Below the pieces are notes generated by a model. The model saw nothing but the letters and a program-made list of their open reading frames with translations. It was not told the DNA's origin and did not search any database. A DNA stretch of 64,000 bases. It comes from an uncultured virus (IMG/VR IMGVR_UViG_3300024429_000007) (taxonomy: Duplodnaviria > Heunggongvirae > Uroviricota > Caudoviricetes). The position numbers and the translations under genes were made by a program. Positions 9,146 to 18,741 of this stretch are shown here, in pieces (positions within the stretch are counted from its first letter, which is position 1; every line of letters begins with the position of its first letter). Location of the stretch: IMG/VR virus record IMGVR_UViG_3300024429_000007, positions 1-64,000 of that record; one strand, 5' to 3'.

Positions 9146-11262
9146 AGATAGCAAATCACGCGGAGACCGAGTTCAACTTCCCGGATGTCCCGATCTTAAC
9201 TTTTGTCGGTGATTCGGGAAGTGGAAAAACCTCGTTGATCGAAGCGGTTCCTCTTGCGATCTACGGCATAAGTCCTTCCAGGGATGCGAATGTCTATCAA
9301 TCGGCATCTCGATCTTGGAGGGGAAAGTGTTCAATTGAGGCGGTGGTCGCTGAGAATGGAGAGGGTGGACGAAGACTAAAGATCGCCCGAACTTGGATGC
9401 AGGGTGAGAACGTCACCGGATCCGAACATCGAGTCTTTATCTCTGAAGATCGGGAAGGGGAATGGGTTCAGATTAGCTCCGGGAAGATTTCCGATGCGAA
9501 GAAGATTCTGGATCCGCTTTTCCCGCCTTACGAGGTCTTCCTGGTCACTAACTTTGCCGCTCAGACAGGAGCGTCTCTGCTCACGGCCAGTCAAGAAGAG
9601 CGGAGAGAGATCCTCGGAACGTTGCTTTCACCGCTGCTCTTTGCCGAATTCGACTCACTCCACGAGGCCTCGAAATCAGAGCGTCAGATGGAAGAAGATC
9701 GAAACCGAAAGGTGAAGCAAAGACTTTCTTTCGTCCAAGATCGCTTCGTAGAGATCTCGGGGAAACAGGCTGTCCCGATTCTCGATATCCGGAAGGACAT
9801 CGCACGACAAGATCTGGTTCTCGCCGAGTCGAACGCCGAACTTGCGAGAATTTCGAAGGAGGGTAGCGACCTGAAGGTGGCATTCGTCGAAGTTCAATTT
9901 CAGCTTGAGACGCTGACTCGATTGAGTAAAGAACAGGAAACCGAGCAGAAACGTCTCGATCAAGTCACGAAAGAAATCGAAGCTTACGTCGAGGAGACCT
10001 TCGATCCGCACCAATTGCAGTTGTTAAGGACCGAGAAGAGAGAGAAAGCCGATCTTCAAAAGGAGCTTCAGGAGCTTCAAAATAAACGCATCGAGGCGGA
10101 ACAGAATTTGCGAAGGATCGAGTCAAGACGTATTGAGAAGTTTGGGATATTCCAAAATCTTCGGAAGGCCATTTCGACCCTGGACGACGTTCCCTGCGAC
10201 GAGGACCTCCAGAAGATCTGTCCATTCGTGAAAGACGCTGCCGAAGCCAAACGGGCGCTGCCCGATTTGGCGAAGGCGCTGGACGGGATCGACGGAGAAA
10301 TGGATGCGGCAGGAGAAATTGTCCGGGCCCGTGAAGGAGCGGTTTCGATTACATTGGGAAAGCTTGAGCGATTCGCTGATCTCGAAGACAAAGAACGTGA
10401 ACTATTAGAATTGAAGCAGTCCATTGAGCTTCGGAAAACAACTCACGAATCGTTATTGCGAGAACAAAAACAACTGGCCGATCGCATTGTGAAATTGAAG
10501 GAAGATTCGGCAGAGATCCAGATCGATCCAAAGGCGAGAGAGTTCCCGGAGTTGTTAGATCAACTCCGAAAACGGTGGTCGGAAGCTAAAGAAACGAACT
10601 CGGTTTTGAAAGGAAAGCTTCAGAACACTCGGCGAAGCCTGACTATCGCCGAGCAAAATGTCGAAGAGATCCACCAAATTAAGGGGCAGGTCGAAGAGAT
10701 CGGAAAAGAGATTTTAATCTCTGACGCCGAGATGGAAATCTGGGGCATTCTTGAAGAAGGCTTTTCCCGAAGAGGGGCCCAGGCGCTGTTACTTAAGAAT
10801 GAGCTCGATCTTTTTGAACATATCATTCAGGAATACCTCGATATTGTTTTCGCCAATACTGGGAAAGACATCAAACTTTCGTTCGTGATGGAAAAACTGC
10901 TGAAGACAAAAAAGGACGAGATCCGAGAGAGCTTAGGAATCCAATGCGAGATCAACGGGGTGGAGCTTGATGTGAATGAGTTGAGCGGAGGTGAAACTCA
11001 GGGCGTATCGATTGCCCAACGAGCGGGTTTGCTTTACTACAATCAGATGAAAAATGAAGGCAATCTCGGGTTTTGTTTTTGGGATGAGCCAACGAGCAAG
11101 ACGGACCGCAGGATTTCATTGAACGTTTCGGGAGTCCTTGATAAGCTACGGGAAGTGTACCCACAGATCATAGTTGCGACTTACGACCCCGAGCTTCTTA
11201 GAACTTCGGAAATCTTCGAGGTCAAAGAAGAAGACGGGGTTGCCGCGATTGGAAAGCTTTAG
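9118..11262 (+). CDS. sbcC: SbcC/Rad50-like SMC ATPase
   Basis: Walker A GDSGSGKTS, long coiled coils, Cys pair hook-like (PCDEDLQKICPF), LSGGE signature, DEP Walker B. Confidence 0.92.
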   Translation: MRIENIKLLKIANHAETEFNFPDVPILTFVGDSGSGKTSLIEAVPLAIYGISPSRDANVYQSASRSWRGKCSIEAVVAENGEGGRRLKIARTWMQGENVTGSEHRVFISEDREGEWVQISSGKISDAKKILDPLFPPYEVFLVTNFAAQTGASLLTASQEERREILGTLLSPLLFAEFDSLHEASKSERQMEEDRNRKVKQRLSFVQDRFVEISGKQAVPILDIRKDIARQDLVLAESNAELARISKEGSDLKVAFVEVQFQLETLTRLSKEQETEQKRLDQVTKEIEAYVEETFDPHQLQLLRTEKREKADLQKELQELQNKRIEAEQNLRRIESRRIEKFGIFQNLRKAISTLDDVPCDEDLQKICPFVKDAAEAKRALPDLAKALDGIDGEMDAAGEIVRAREGAVSITLGKLERFADLEDKERELLELKQSIELRKTTHESLLREQKQLADRIVKLKEDSAEIQIDPKAREFPELLDQLRKRWSEAKETNSVLKGKLQNTRRSLTIAEQNVEEIHQIKGQVEEIGKEILISDAEMEIWGILEEGFSRRGAQALLLKNELDLFEHIIQEYLDIVFANTGKDIKLSFVMEKLLKTKKDEIRESLGIQCEINGVELDVNELSGGETQGVSIAQRAGLLYYNQMKNEGNLGFCFWDEPTSKTDRRISLNVSGVLDKLREVYPQIIVATYDPELLRTSEIFEVKEEDGVAAIGKL

Positions 11263-11272
11263 AGAGGAAGGA

Positions 11273-11482
11273 ATGGAACAAGATGACGTGATGGAAGTAC
11301 GGATTTCCGGGGAAAAGAAATTGAGAAAGATCGATTACTATGAACAGGTGAATGATTTACCCTTTCCCAGAAACCGTTCCGTCCCCGTTCTTCGAATCGG
11401 CGAAGAGTTGATTAGAGTGCTCGATGATATCCCCCTTATAGTCAAACTGAGGCAAGAAAAGAGCTATTTTGGAAAGTTATGA
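11273..11482 (+). CDS. hypothetical protein
   Basis: GGAAGG RBS. Confidence 0.5.
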   Translation: MEQDDVMEVRISGEKKLRKIDYYEQVNDLPFPRNRSVPVLRIGEELIRVLDDIPLIVKLRQEKSYFGKL

Positions 11483-11506
11483 TGTCTCAAGCATTGTGGG
11501 AAGGAG

Positions 11507-11734
11507 ATGCGTATGTTGATCAAGTTTAGAATGAAAGCCGATGTCTGTTTTCAGGCAAGAGCTTTGGATGATGCGTTTAGACTTCTCTCGGAACATTTTC
11601 ATATTCTGGCGCAAGATTTGCATCTTCAAGAGGATTTCGATAAGCCCTATCTCTTCTCATCGGGTGTTATCGCGATCAAACCGGTGACGGTGTTTGAGAA
11701 GGAAGAAAGTTGTCAGAAGGTGAGTCCCAAATGA
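11507..11734 (+). CDS. hypothetical protein
   Basis: AAGGAG RBS, ATGA coupling. Confidence 0.55.
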   Translation: MRMLIKFRMKADVCFQARALDDAFRLLSEHFHILAQDLHLQEDFDKPYLFSSGVIAIKPVTVFEKEESCQKVSPK

Positions 11735-12597
11735 AAGTCAATCTCCTAACAGACGCGCCGCGTCATAATCTGGCGTTGATGAAGATTTCGACTTACCATA
11801 AAAAGCAGGGCGATGAGGTAGCTCTGAATCAACCTCTCCGGCCAACGGATGTTTCCTATGGATCCTGGCTTTTTACTTCATCTCTCAAATACAACTGTGA
11901 TCTGGAAGGGGGGCCGGCCATCAGTCCGTATAATCGATCACCCTGTGAGATGGAAAGACCCGATTACGATCTGTTCCCGAATATGGATTATTCTCTGGGC
12001 TATACTTGGTCGTATTGCCCGCGCAGATGTAAGTTCTGCGTCGTACCGAAACAGCGTAATCCCCGGGTCCATCATTCGATTTGGGAATTCCACGAACCCA
12101 GATTTCGAAAGATATGTCTTCTGAACAACAACACTTTCAGCGATCCCCAATGGAGGGAGACCTTTGAAGAAATCTGGGACGCCGGTCTGACTGTTATCGA
12201 TGAAAATGGGTACGATCTCAGACTCGTAGATCACGAGCAAGCGGAAGCGCTCAAGCAAACGAATTTCTATACCGGAATTCATTTTGCTTGGGATCGGATA
12301 ACAGATGAACCAAAGATCATCAGGGGATTGAAGTTACTCAAAGAATATCACCTGCGATCCGTCAACAATCTGGTGTACGTGTTGATCGGTTTCGACACGA
12401 CTATGGAGGAAGATCTTCACCGGTGTCAGGTCATCAACGATCACGGTCTGACTCCTTATCCAATGCTCTACTCAAGAACTGAATATACCAGATCATTTAG
12501 ACGCTTCATCAATCTGCATTATTACAGGACGTACAAGACAATCACTGATGCCTGGAAGGATTACAAATACCGAAAAGAACAGGAGCCTTCCGAATGA
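11731..12597 (+). CDS. radical SAM protein
   Basis: CPRRCKFC (CxxxCxxC); N-terminal NLALMKISTYHK. Confidence 0.88.
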   Translation: MKVNLLTDAPRHNLALMKISTYHKKQGDEVALNQPLRPTDVSYGSWLFTSSLKYNCDLEGGPAISPYNRSPCEMERPDYDLFPNMDYSLGYTWSYCPRRCKFCVVPKQRNPRVHHSIWEFHEPRFRKICLLNNNTFSDPQWRETFEEIWDAGLTVIDENGYDLRLVDHEQAEALKQTNFYTGIHFAWDRITDEPKIIRGLKLLKEYHLRSVNNLVYVLIGFDTTMEEDLHRCQVINDHGLTPYPMLYSRTEYTRSFRRFINLHYYRTYKTITDAWKDYKYRKEQEPSE

Positions 12598-12902
12598 AAG
12601 TCCTCGTAAAAAGAACATCCGGGAAGAGTAAGTGGGATAAGACAAAGATTCATATTGTCAACGAAAAAACCAAGAGAGCGGGGTGTACTCCTTGGCCGAC
12701 TACTGAATCTCCGGATTGGGACGTTCAGGAAATGGAGGAAAATGTTTATCTGAAGGATGAAAATACCTGTCTGAATTGTTGGAAGAGATTTGAACGCGCG
12801 CGGGGGAAGGAAGACTTCGACGCCACCAAGTCAAAGAAGGCAATCGCAAATAGGAAGTTAGCGGAGTGGAACAAGCTGGTAGAGAAAGCGAGGAAAAAAT
12901 GA
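12594..12902 (+). CDS. hypothetical protein
   Basis: Coupled ORF, HI..GC..CLNC. Confidence 0.6.
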   Translation: MKVLVKRTSGKSKWDKTKIHIVNEKTKRAGCTPWPTTESPDWDVQEMEENVYLKDENTCLNCWKRFERARGKEDFDATKSKKAIANRKLAEWNKLVEKARKK

Positions 12903-13501
12903 GGATTGCAATGTCTATTGGTCATGGGTACGGAAACAACGAATTCGGTGAGCTTCTTTACGACCCGGGTGCGATAAACAAGAGTACCGGATTGACTGAA
13001 TTCGAGGCGGTCAAGCAGATCGGATTCACGCTTTGGTCAATGCTCGAGTACAGTTCGGTTGAGGTGGTTACGATTTCCTCCTGTTCACTGGAGGAGAAAA
13101 TTCAGATCATCAATGCGGAACATAAGCGGGAGTTCATCGAACTCGCCATCGAGATTCATTTGAATGCGCCTTCGCCATCGGTCGGTGTAGAGACGCCGGC
13201 CATCGATGCAGCGATCAATGGCACCGAGGTCTGGTATTATCCCGGATCTGCGATTGGGAATCTGGCCGCGCAACATCTTCAGGTAGCACTCGTAAAGACT
13301 CTTGGTTTTCGCAATCGACGCATTCGTTCGAATCATACGCTGGCATTTCTTCGAAATACGAAGCCTGCCGCTATTCTGACGGAAGCGGCGTTTATCACTC
13401 ACGATCCCGTGGCGATCGCCCTGAAAGAAGGGTCACTTGTTCCGAGAATCGCATGGGGACACGCTCTGGGAATCTGGAACTTTGTAGAAGCGCTGCAATG
13501 A
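12899..13501 (+). CDS. N-acetylmuramoyl-L-alanine amidase (Amidase_3), endolysin
   Basis: IGHG, DPGA, TE, EIHLNA, GTEVWY, AILTEAAFI. Confidence 0.9.
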   Translation: MRIAMSIGHGYGNNEFGELLYDPGAINKSTGLTEFEAVKQIGFTLWSMLEYSSVEVVTISSCSLEEKIQIINAEHKREFIELAIEIHLNAPSPSVGVETPAIDAAINGTEVWYYPGSAIGNLAAQHLQVALVKTLGFRNRRIRSNHTLAFLRNTKPAAILTEAAFITHDPVAIALKEGSLVPRIAWGHALGIWNFVEALQ

Positions 13502-13647
13502 TCGAGGAGAAGTCAGTGATCAGTAATTTCTCGTGGCTCGTGATCGTAGGCAATGGGATCGCCTGTTTTTTATTTGGCCTGGTTGTAGGCCGGCTGGCCA
13601 GATGGAGAGCGGATGGAAAGACTCGAACAAAGGAAGGAGAATCGTGA
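13498..13647 (+). CDS. small single-TM membrane protein, holin candidate
   Basis: Hydrophobic helix plus basic tail directly after the endolysin. Confidence 0.5.
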   Translation: MIEEKSVISNFSWLVIVGNGIACFLFGLVVGRLARWRADGKTRTKEGES

Positions 13648-13745
13648 TAAATGCATGACGGATTGTGCCTGTGGGATTGATATGCTTCTTCCTCGGCTGG
13701 TGGACAAATCATCGCTCTTGAGTCCACAGAAGGACCATAAAATTA

Positions 13746-13776
13746 GCTCGGGCAATCGCCGCCCGGGCTTTTTTTT
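13746..13776 (+). terminator. intrinsic terminator at the convergent junction
   Basis: GCTCGGGC-7nt-GCCCGGGC stem followed by T8. Confidence 0.85.
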
Positions 13777-14137
13777 ATTCCCAAAATTTTTTTACGTTAT
13801 CTTTCCTTCGAATGCGAATATGCAGATGATTGATAGTCACGTGCCACCCGATATGAGTCACTACTTCAAATTTGTCCAGTTTCATCATTACCGGGAGTTG
13901 CAAAAGCAGACTGGCAGCCATCGCCAGATTTTTCGGAGTGCATTCGATATGTTTCTTCGGAATCAAAAGGATATCATCGGACTTGATGTCCTTGATCGCC
14001 ATTGCAAATTCGGTTTCAAAATATATCGTAGCCGGGGTTCTTTTAGCTCCGATCTCACAAAAGACGCATCCTGGTTTTTCTTTGAGTCCGTAAAGCATAT
14101 CGTTTTCAGGGTCTTTACCAGTCGGCGCGGTACTCAA
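13775..14137 (-). CDS. HIT-family nucleotide hydrolase, variant triad
   Basis: CVFCEI, DI, LLIPKKH, HLHIR. Confidence 0.8.
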   Translation of the reverse strand: MSTAPTGKDPENDMLYGLKEKPGCVFCEIGAKRTPATIYFETEFAMAIKDIKSDDILLIPKKHIECTPKNLAMAASLLLQLPVMMKLDKFEVVTHIGWHVTINHLHIRIRRKDNVKKFWE

Positions 14138-15467
14138 AGTTGGGCTTCAGGCCGAGTCCGGAAAATGCCCTCTCAAAGTCGATTGCCTCGACTAAATCGG
14201 GCAGACCAAGCAGATCGGATTTCCACGAAATGATTCCTGCGCTCCGAGCAAGATTCGTAAGTACTTCATTTGGAGTCGATCCGCTTTCCAGTTTTTTAAT
14301 TGCAGGTGGGCTTCCGATGAATTTGCTCAATTTGACTTGTCTGCGATCGACCACCATCCCATGAAAGAGATTGTTCGCCACGTATCCGATAAGCTTTCCG
14401 GCTTCTCTTTCCAACATTGTGAAGGGTGCGATGTCCGATCCTCTGATCGAGTGTGTGATCCCGGCCTTCTGATCGTCTAATGCCGAAGTGAAACAAAGAT
14501 CCGGAATTCTGTTGAAATAAATCGCAACGTCAAGCGGAGCTTCGGACCGAACTCTAAGAACGGTTCGAGCGTTACGCAGATTACCTTTCTTTTGTAGATC
14601 TCTGCAATGATCGTCGTAGTAGTACTCGCGCTTGATCTCGTGGCACAGTTCATTTACCTCAAGCGTAATAAAACGAGTCTTGACCGGAGCAAACGAGAGC
14701 TGGTCGGCGACGGCGCCCTCGTAAGCGCCATTCGTTCTCGATGAGACGCAGAAGTTATTTTCTCGGGTTATAGAGACAAGTCCCCCGATACACAGTCCAT
14801 CTGGAATGCGAAGCCTGTAAGATTTCACCGGGTAAAAATTCCACAGCACTTCTACCGCTCCGACCCAAACTTCTTGACCAAGATCGATAGTTAAGTGAGT
14901 ATCACGGGGAGGGTCGCACAGCGCACCGACTTCATACGCCTTCCAGGATCTTTCCGAACCGTCTGTGACGTTTTGAGCTTCATATCCCTTTGCTTCGGTG
15001 CTGGCTTGTACCTTTTGGCCCAACGCCACGTCTCGACGGGTCTCCGCTCGGTTGGCGTCGAACACTTTTATCCGCTGAATCTCGCAAGGACCGGGATATT
15101 TTTCTTCTCGGATCAGAGCCTTCAAGTTCGATTGGTCAAATCGGGTGCGCTCAAAAATATCGCCGGCCGTGCAATCGCAGAAATATACTCTCGGATCGCT
15201 TGCGATTTCCTCGATCTGCTGTCGGTACCATCCTCTGCTATCGCACTGCCAAATGATCCTGTCCGGACATAATCCGAAAGTTTCGAGATCCCGGATGAGG
15301 TCATCGCCAATCTTTCTTCGCTGGTCGCCCACCTTCTGTCCATCCAATCTAAGATAAAATAACCCTCCCTCTCGCTTGGCAAAGGCATAATTCAGAAGAG
15401 CGTTGTAGAGCGTCCCCAAATGCAAACTCCCACTCAGAGTCGGCGCAGCTCGGGTAATAACTTCCAT
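14115..15467 (-). CDS. glutamyl-tRNA synthetase catalytic-domain paralogue with inserted F5/8 type C (discoidin) domain
   Basis: TRAAPTLSGSLHLG (HIGH), YFCDCT, YDDHCR, DD..GITHSIRGSD, KLSK; insert VALGQKVQAS..AQNVTDG..W..LTIDLG..TRFITL. Confidence 0.85.
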   Translation of the reverse strand: MEVITRAAPTLSGSLHLGTLYNALLNYAFAKREGGLFYLRLDGQKVGDQRRKIGDDLIRDLETFGLCPDRIIWQCDSRGWYRQQIEEIASDPRVYFCDCTAGDIFERTRFDQSNLKALIREEKYPGPCEIQRIKVFDANRAETRRDVALGQKVQASTEAKGYEAQNVTDGSERSWKAYEVGALCDPPRDTHLTIDLGQEVWVGAVEVLWNFYPVKSYRLRIPDGLCIGGLVSITRENNFCVSSRTNGAYEGAVADQLSFAPVKTRFITLEVNELCHEIKREYYYDDHCRDLQKKGNLRNARTVLRVRSEAPLDVAIYFNRIPDLCFTSALDDQKAGITHSIRGSDIAPFTMLEREAGKLIGYVANNLFHGMVVDRRQVKLSKFIGSPPAIKKLESGSTPNEVLTNLARSAGIISWKSDLLGLPDLVEAIDFERAFSGLGLKPNFEYRADW

Positions 15468-15478
15468 CAGATCCTCCT

Positions 15479-16381
15479 TCAGCATCCATTGTATCCGCTG
15501 ATAACAGAAACGGTTCCGTCAGCATTATTTGTCACAAAAGCTTTCTCTAAACTCTCATCGCAAATAACTCCGTAAGGGACATCCCCGACATCAATAGTCG
15601 CCGAAACTGTATTCGACGCGGTATGGATAATGGATACCGTGTCCGAACCAGAATTAGCTACGAATACTTTTCCGGCAGTCTCATCACAAGCTACGCCGTA
15701 TGGCTCAACTCCAACTCCAATAGTGGCTGAAACAGTATTCGATGCGATGTGAATCACAGAGACCGAATTCGAATCACGATTTGTTACAAAGGCCTTCCCG
15801 GCGTTTTCGTCAACAGCAACTCTGTGAGACTGGACTCCCACATTTATTGTAGCGGAAACAGTATCTGATGCGGTGTGAATCACAGATACTGTCGCATCAC
15901 GACTAACCGAAAAAACTTTACCTGCTGACTCATCACACGCAATTCCAGGGTTGCTGCTTCCCACAAGAATTGTCGCAGAAACCGTATTCGTGGGAGTATG
16001 AATAACGGTGACTGCGGCCCAACTGTGAAGTGCAATATACGTCTTCCCGGCACTCTCGTCGCAATCAACGCCATCGGGATGTTTTCCTACAATTACGGTA
16101 GCTGAAACAGTGTTCGATGGCGTATGAATCACCGATACTGTATCTGTAGTCGATCCTGATCGATTCGTTACAAACGTCTTTTCCGCCGTTTCATCACACG
16201 CCACTCCAGTAGGCGTAATCCCTACTCCGATAGTGGCTGAAACAGTGTTAGACGTAGCATGGATAACGGATATGTTATCCGAACCTGAATTTGCCACAAA
16301 TACCTTTCCAAGTATTTCGTCACAAGCGAGCAAGAGCGGAGAAGTTCCAACTCCTATTGTCGCTTCAACCACGATTGCCAT
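15479..16381 (-). CDS. YVTN beta-propeller repeat protein (7 repeats)
   Basis: Repeated ATIGVG..P.GVACDE..GK.FV.N..S..VSVI. Confidence 0.9.
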   Translation of the reverse strand: MAIVVEATIGVGTSPLLLACDEILGKVFVANSGSDNISVIHATSNTVSATIGVGITPTGVACDETAEKTFVTNRSGSTTDTVSVIHTPSNTVSATVIVGKHPDGVDCDESAGKTYIALHSWAAVTVIHTPTNTVSATILVGSSNPGIACDESAGKVFSVSRDATVSVIHTASDTVSATINVGVQSHRVAVDENAGKAFVTNRDSNSVSVIHIASNTVSATIGVGVEPYGVACDETAGKVFVANSGSDTVSIIHTASNTVSATIDVGDVPYGVICDESLEKAFVTNNADGTVSVISGYNGC

Positions 16382-18317
16382 GTTGCCTCACCTCCTCAGA
16401 ATCTGACCGTATAAGCTTCAGATTCTGATTTTGTTTTGCATCGCGGACGATAGCCAGATTTCTTCTCGCGTCCTCCAACAGCGGATTGTAATTCAAGGCC
16501 TTCTCGTAGCATTCTTCTGCCTTATCGAGTTGTCCAAGATTGAAATGACAGCTACCGAGATTCACCCACGACTTATAGTTGTACACACCCAGATCCAAAG
16601 GAATGAAAGTATCGAATTGCGGCTTCAACTGAAGCGCATTTTCAAAAGCTGCTGCCGCTTTGTGAAAGACTTTTTTGTAGAAGTACGCCAATCCAATAAC
16701 CGCAAACGGCTCAGCTCGCAGATTCGTGCATTTGATCGCCTCATACCCATAATCAATCGCCTCATCGTACTCCTTCTCATCCAGATACAACTCGGCTAAG
16801 CCCAGAGCCGCCAGGTATCTGAAGTTGCTCTTAAACTTATCCAATGTCATAACCAATTTGTACCTGGTCTCTGCATCTTGAATTCGACCCGCTCCCTTGT
16901 AAGCCCGGGCGAGGTTGAAATTCACAAAGAGATCCTCCGGTTTCTCTTCGATTTCCCTCAAGAGAATCCGGATATTGAAATCGTGCTGTCCACTTTTATC
17001 CTTGAACTTTGCAATCTCCGGTCCGCCATGAATTATAGGAAGATTGACTTTCTGAAAATCATCTCCCCTTAAATCAAGGGTCTCATGCAGACGACTGCGA
17101 AAGCGATAGCTTCTCCGGTTTTTGACCAGACGAATTCGAGTGTTGATCAGAAGTAATTCGCCAGTGTCTCCGAGGCAATGCGTCGGGAAAGCAAAGGCGG
17201 TTGTTCCATTGGAATTTAGCGTCAGATTCTTAATCGCATCAGCTTGCTCTTTTTGGACGTAATCGTCGGCATCAAGCCAGCAAATCCATCCCGATTCGGC
17301 TTTAGAAAATGCAAAGTTCCTCGCAGCGGAAAAATCGTCACCCCACTCGTAGTCGAAGATCTTATCGGTGTATTCCCTTGCAACTTCCTTCGTTCGGTCG
17401 GTCGAGCCGGTATCCACGATTACAATTTCATCCGCGACTTCTTTCAAATTTTCTAAACATCTTGGCAAGGTCTTCTCTTCATCCTTCACAATCAGGCAGA
17501 AACCCAAGCTGTTGTCTTCCTCAAAAAGATCATCGACCTCTTCATCTCCCCACTTTTCTCTCAATATCGATTGATTACCGGTCAACTGCTTATCGAAATC
17601 AAATTCCGGATCTTTCTTCAATTCCTCGAAGGTTTGATGTCCGTAATGATATATGAAAACGTCTCGGGCGACTCCGAGTCTCCAGCCAGCTTTTCGTATT
17701 CGAATGGAATAGTCAAAGTCATCGCTGCAACCGATTCCGAAGGCTTCATCCAAAAGGCCAACCTCCTCCAGAACCTCCCGCCGCATCAGAACACAAATCC
17801 CAATGAGCAGTTTGGTATCGAGAAGTTGCCCTTTACACTTTTCGTAATTCTCCTGGGCGGCATCATTGATCTCTTCCGGAGTCAGTTTTCCAGTATCACC
17901 GGCTAACTGAGCCGCCTGTTTCCACATCACGAAGTTCGAACAGGGTCCCACTGCGCCGACTTCAGGATGCGCTTCGAGATGAGCTAACATCCGCTCGAAA
18001 CAAAATTCGGTTGCGACCATATCGTTGTTCATAAAACAAGCGAATGGAGCAACCGATTCTTTCAAGCCTTGATTTACAGCCTTGACAAATCCGAGATTCT
18101 CCTTGTTGTGGATGAACCGTACTCCGGACCTTTCCATCTCAAAGAGGTCTTGATCGAAGACATCGCTGCCATTATCGATCAAGGTCAGTTTATAGGGTAC
18201 CCGGACGTAAGAGAAGATGCTGCGAATACATTGCTTCGTCAGGCCATTCTGATTCCAGTACGGGATAATAATATCGACAATCGGCTCCTGAGTCAGATCT
18301 TTCGAGTTCAATTTCAA
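16365..18317 (-). CDS. double GT2 glycosyltransferase with TPR repeats
   Basis: IIIPYWN/IDNGS/NND/DDFD; CLIVKDEE/DTGSTD/DFSAARN/LDADD; C-terminal TPRs. Confidence 0.92.
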   Translation of the reverse strand: MKLNSKDLTQEPIVDIIIPYWNQNGLTKQCIRSIFSYVRVPYKLTLIDNGSDVFDQDLFEMERSGVRFIHNKENLGFVKAVNQGLKESVAPFACFMNNDMVATEFCFERMLAHLEAHPEVGAVGPCSNFVMWKQAAQLAGDTGKLTPEEINDAAQENYEKCKGQLLDTKLLIGICVLMRREVLEEVGLLDEAFGIGCSDDFDYSIRIRKAGWRLGVARDVFIYHYGHQTFEELKKDPEFDFDKQLTGNQSILREKWGDEEVDDLFEEDNSLGFCLIVKDEEKTLPRCLENLKEVADEIVIVDTGSTDRTKEVAREYTDKIFDYEWGDDFSAARNFAFSKAESGWICWLDADDYVQKEQADAIKNLTLNSNGTTAFAFPTHCLGDTGELLLINTRIRLVKNRRSYRFRSRLHETLDLRGDDFQKVNLPIIHGGPEIAKFKDKSGQHDFNIRILLREIEEKPEDLFVNFNLARAYKGAGRIQDAETRYKLVMTLDKFKSNFRYLAALGLAELYLDEKEYDEAIDYGYEAIKCTNLRAEPFAVIGLAYFYKKVFHKAAAAFENALQLKPQFDTFIPLDLGVYNYKSWVNLGSCHFNLGQLDKAEECYEKALNYNPLLEDARRNLAIVRDAKQNQNLKLIRSDSEEVRQHGNRG

Positions 18318-18332
18318 AAGTCCTTTCTTAGT

Positions 18333-18725
18333 TTAACACCCGTTGTACCCGGTGATTACGGAGACTGTATCCGGTCCATAATTCACCACAAAGGTCTTTC
18401 CAACAGTCTCATCACAGGCAACACCAGCAGGCTGAACACCCACTCCAATCGTTGCGCTTACCGTATCGGATCCCGTGTGAATTACTGAGACACTATCATC
18501 GTTCCAATTCGTTATGAATGTTTTCCCTGCAGCCTCATCGCAAGCGACTCTGTAAGGGCCTGCCCCTACCCCGATAGTTGCGCTCACGGTATTCGATGGT
18601 GTATGAATGACGGAGATTGTATCATCACCATAATTCGCAACGAAAGTTTTTTCAGCAGTCTCATCACAACCTACTCCGTAAGGACCACCTCCTACGTCGA
18701 TTGTAGCCTCAACTATCGCTGCCAT
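18333..18725 (-). CDS. short YVTN repeat protein (3 repeats)
   Basis: Same repeat as 15479-16381. Confidence 0.85.
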   Translation of the reverse strand: MAAIVEATIDVGGGPYGVGCDETAEKTFVANYGDDTISVIHTPSNTVSATIGVGAGPYRVACDEAAGKTFITNWNDDSVSVIHTGSDTVSATIGVGVQPAGVACDETVGKTFVVNYGPDTVSVITGYNGC

Positions 18726-18741
18726 ATTCGTTCACCCCCGA

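Noticed and set aside
13648..13745. Possible ncRNA or attenuator (GTGGAC/GTCCAC stem) before the terminator
   Set aside because: Only a 6-bp stem and no recognisable family
13613..14233. 206-aa plus-strand ORF
   Set aside because: Runs through the terminator and is antisense to the HIT gene
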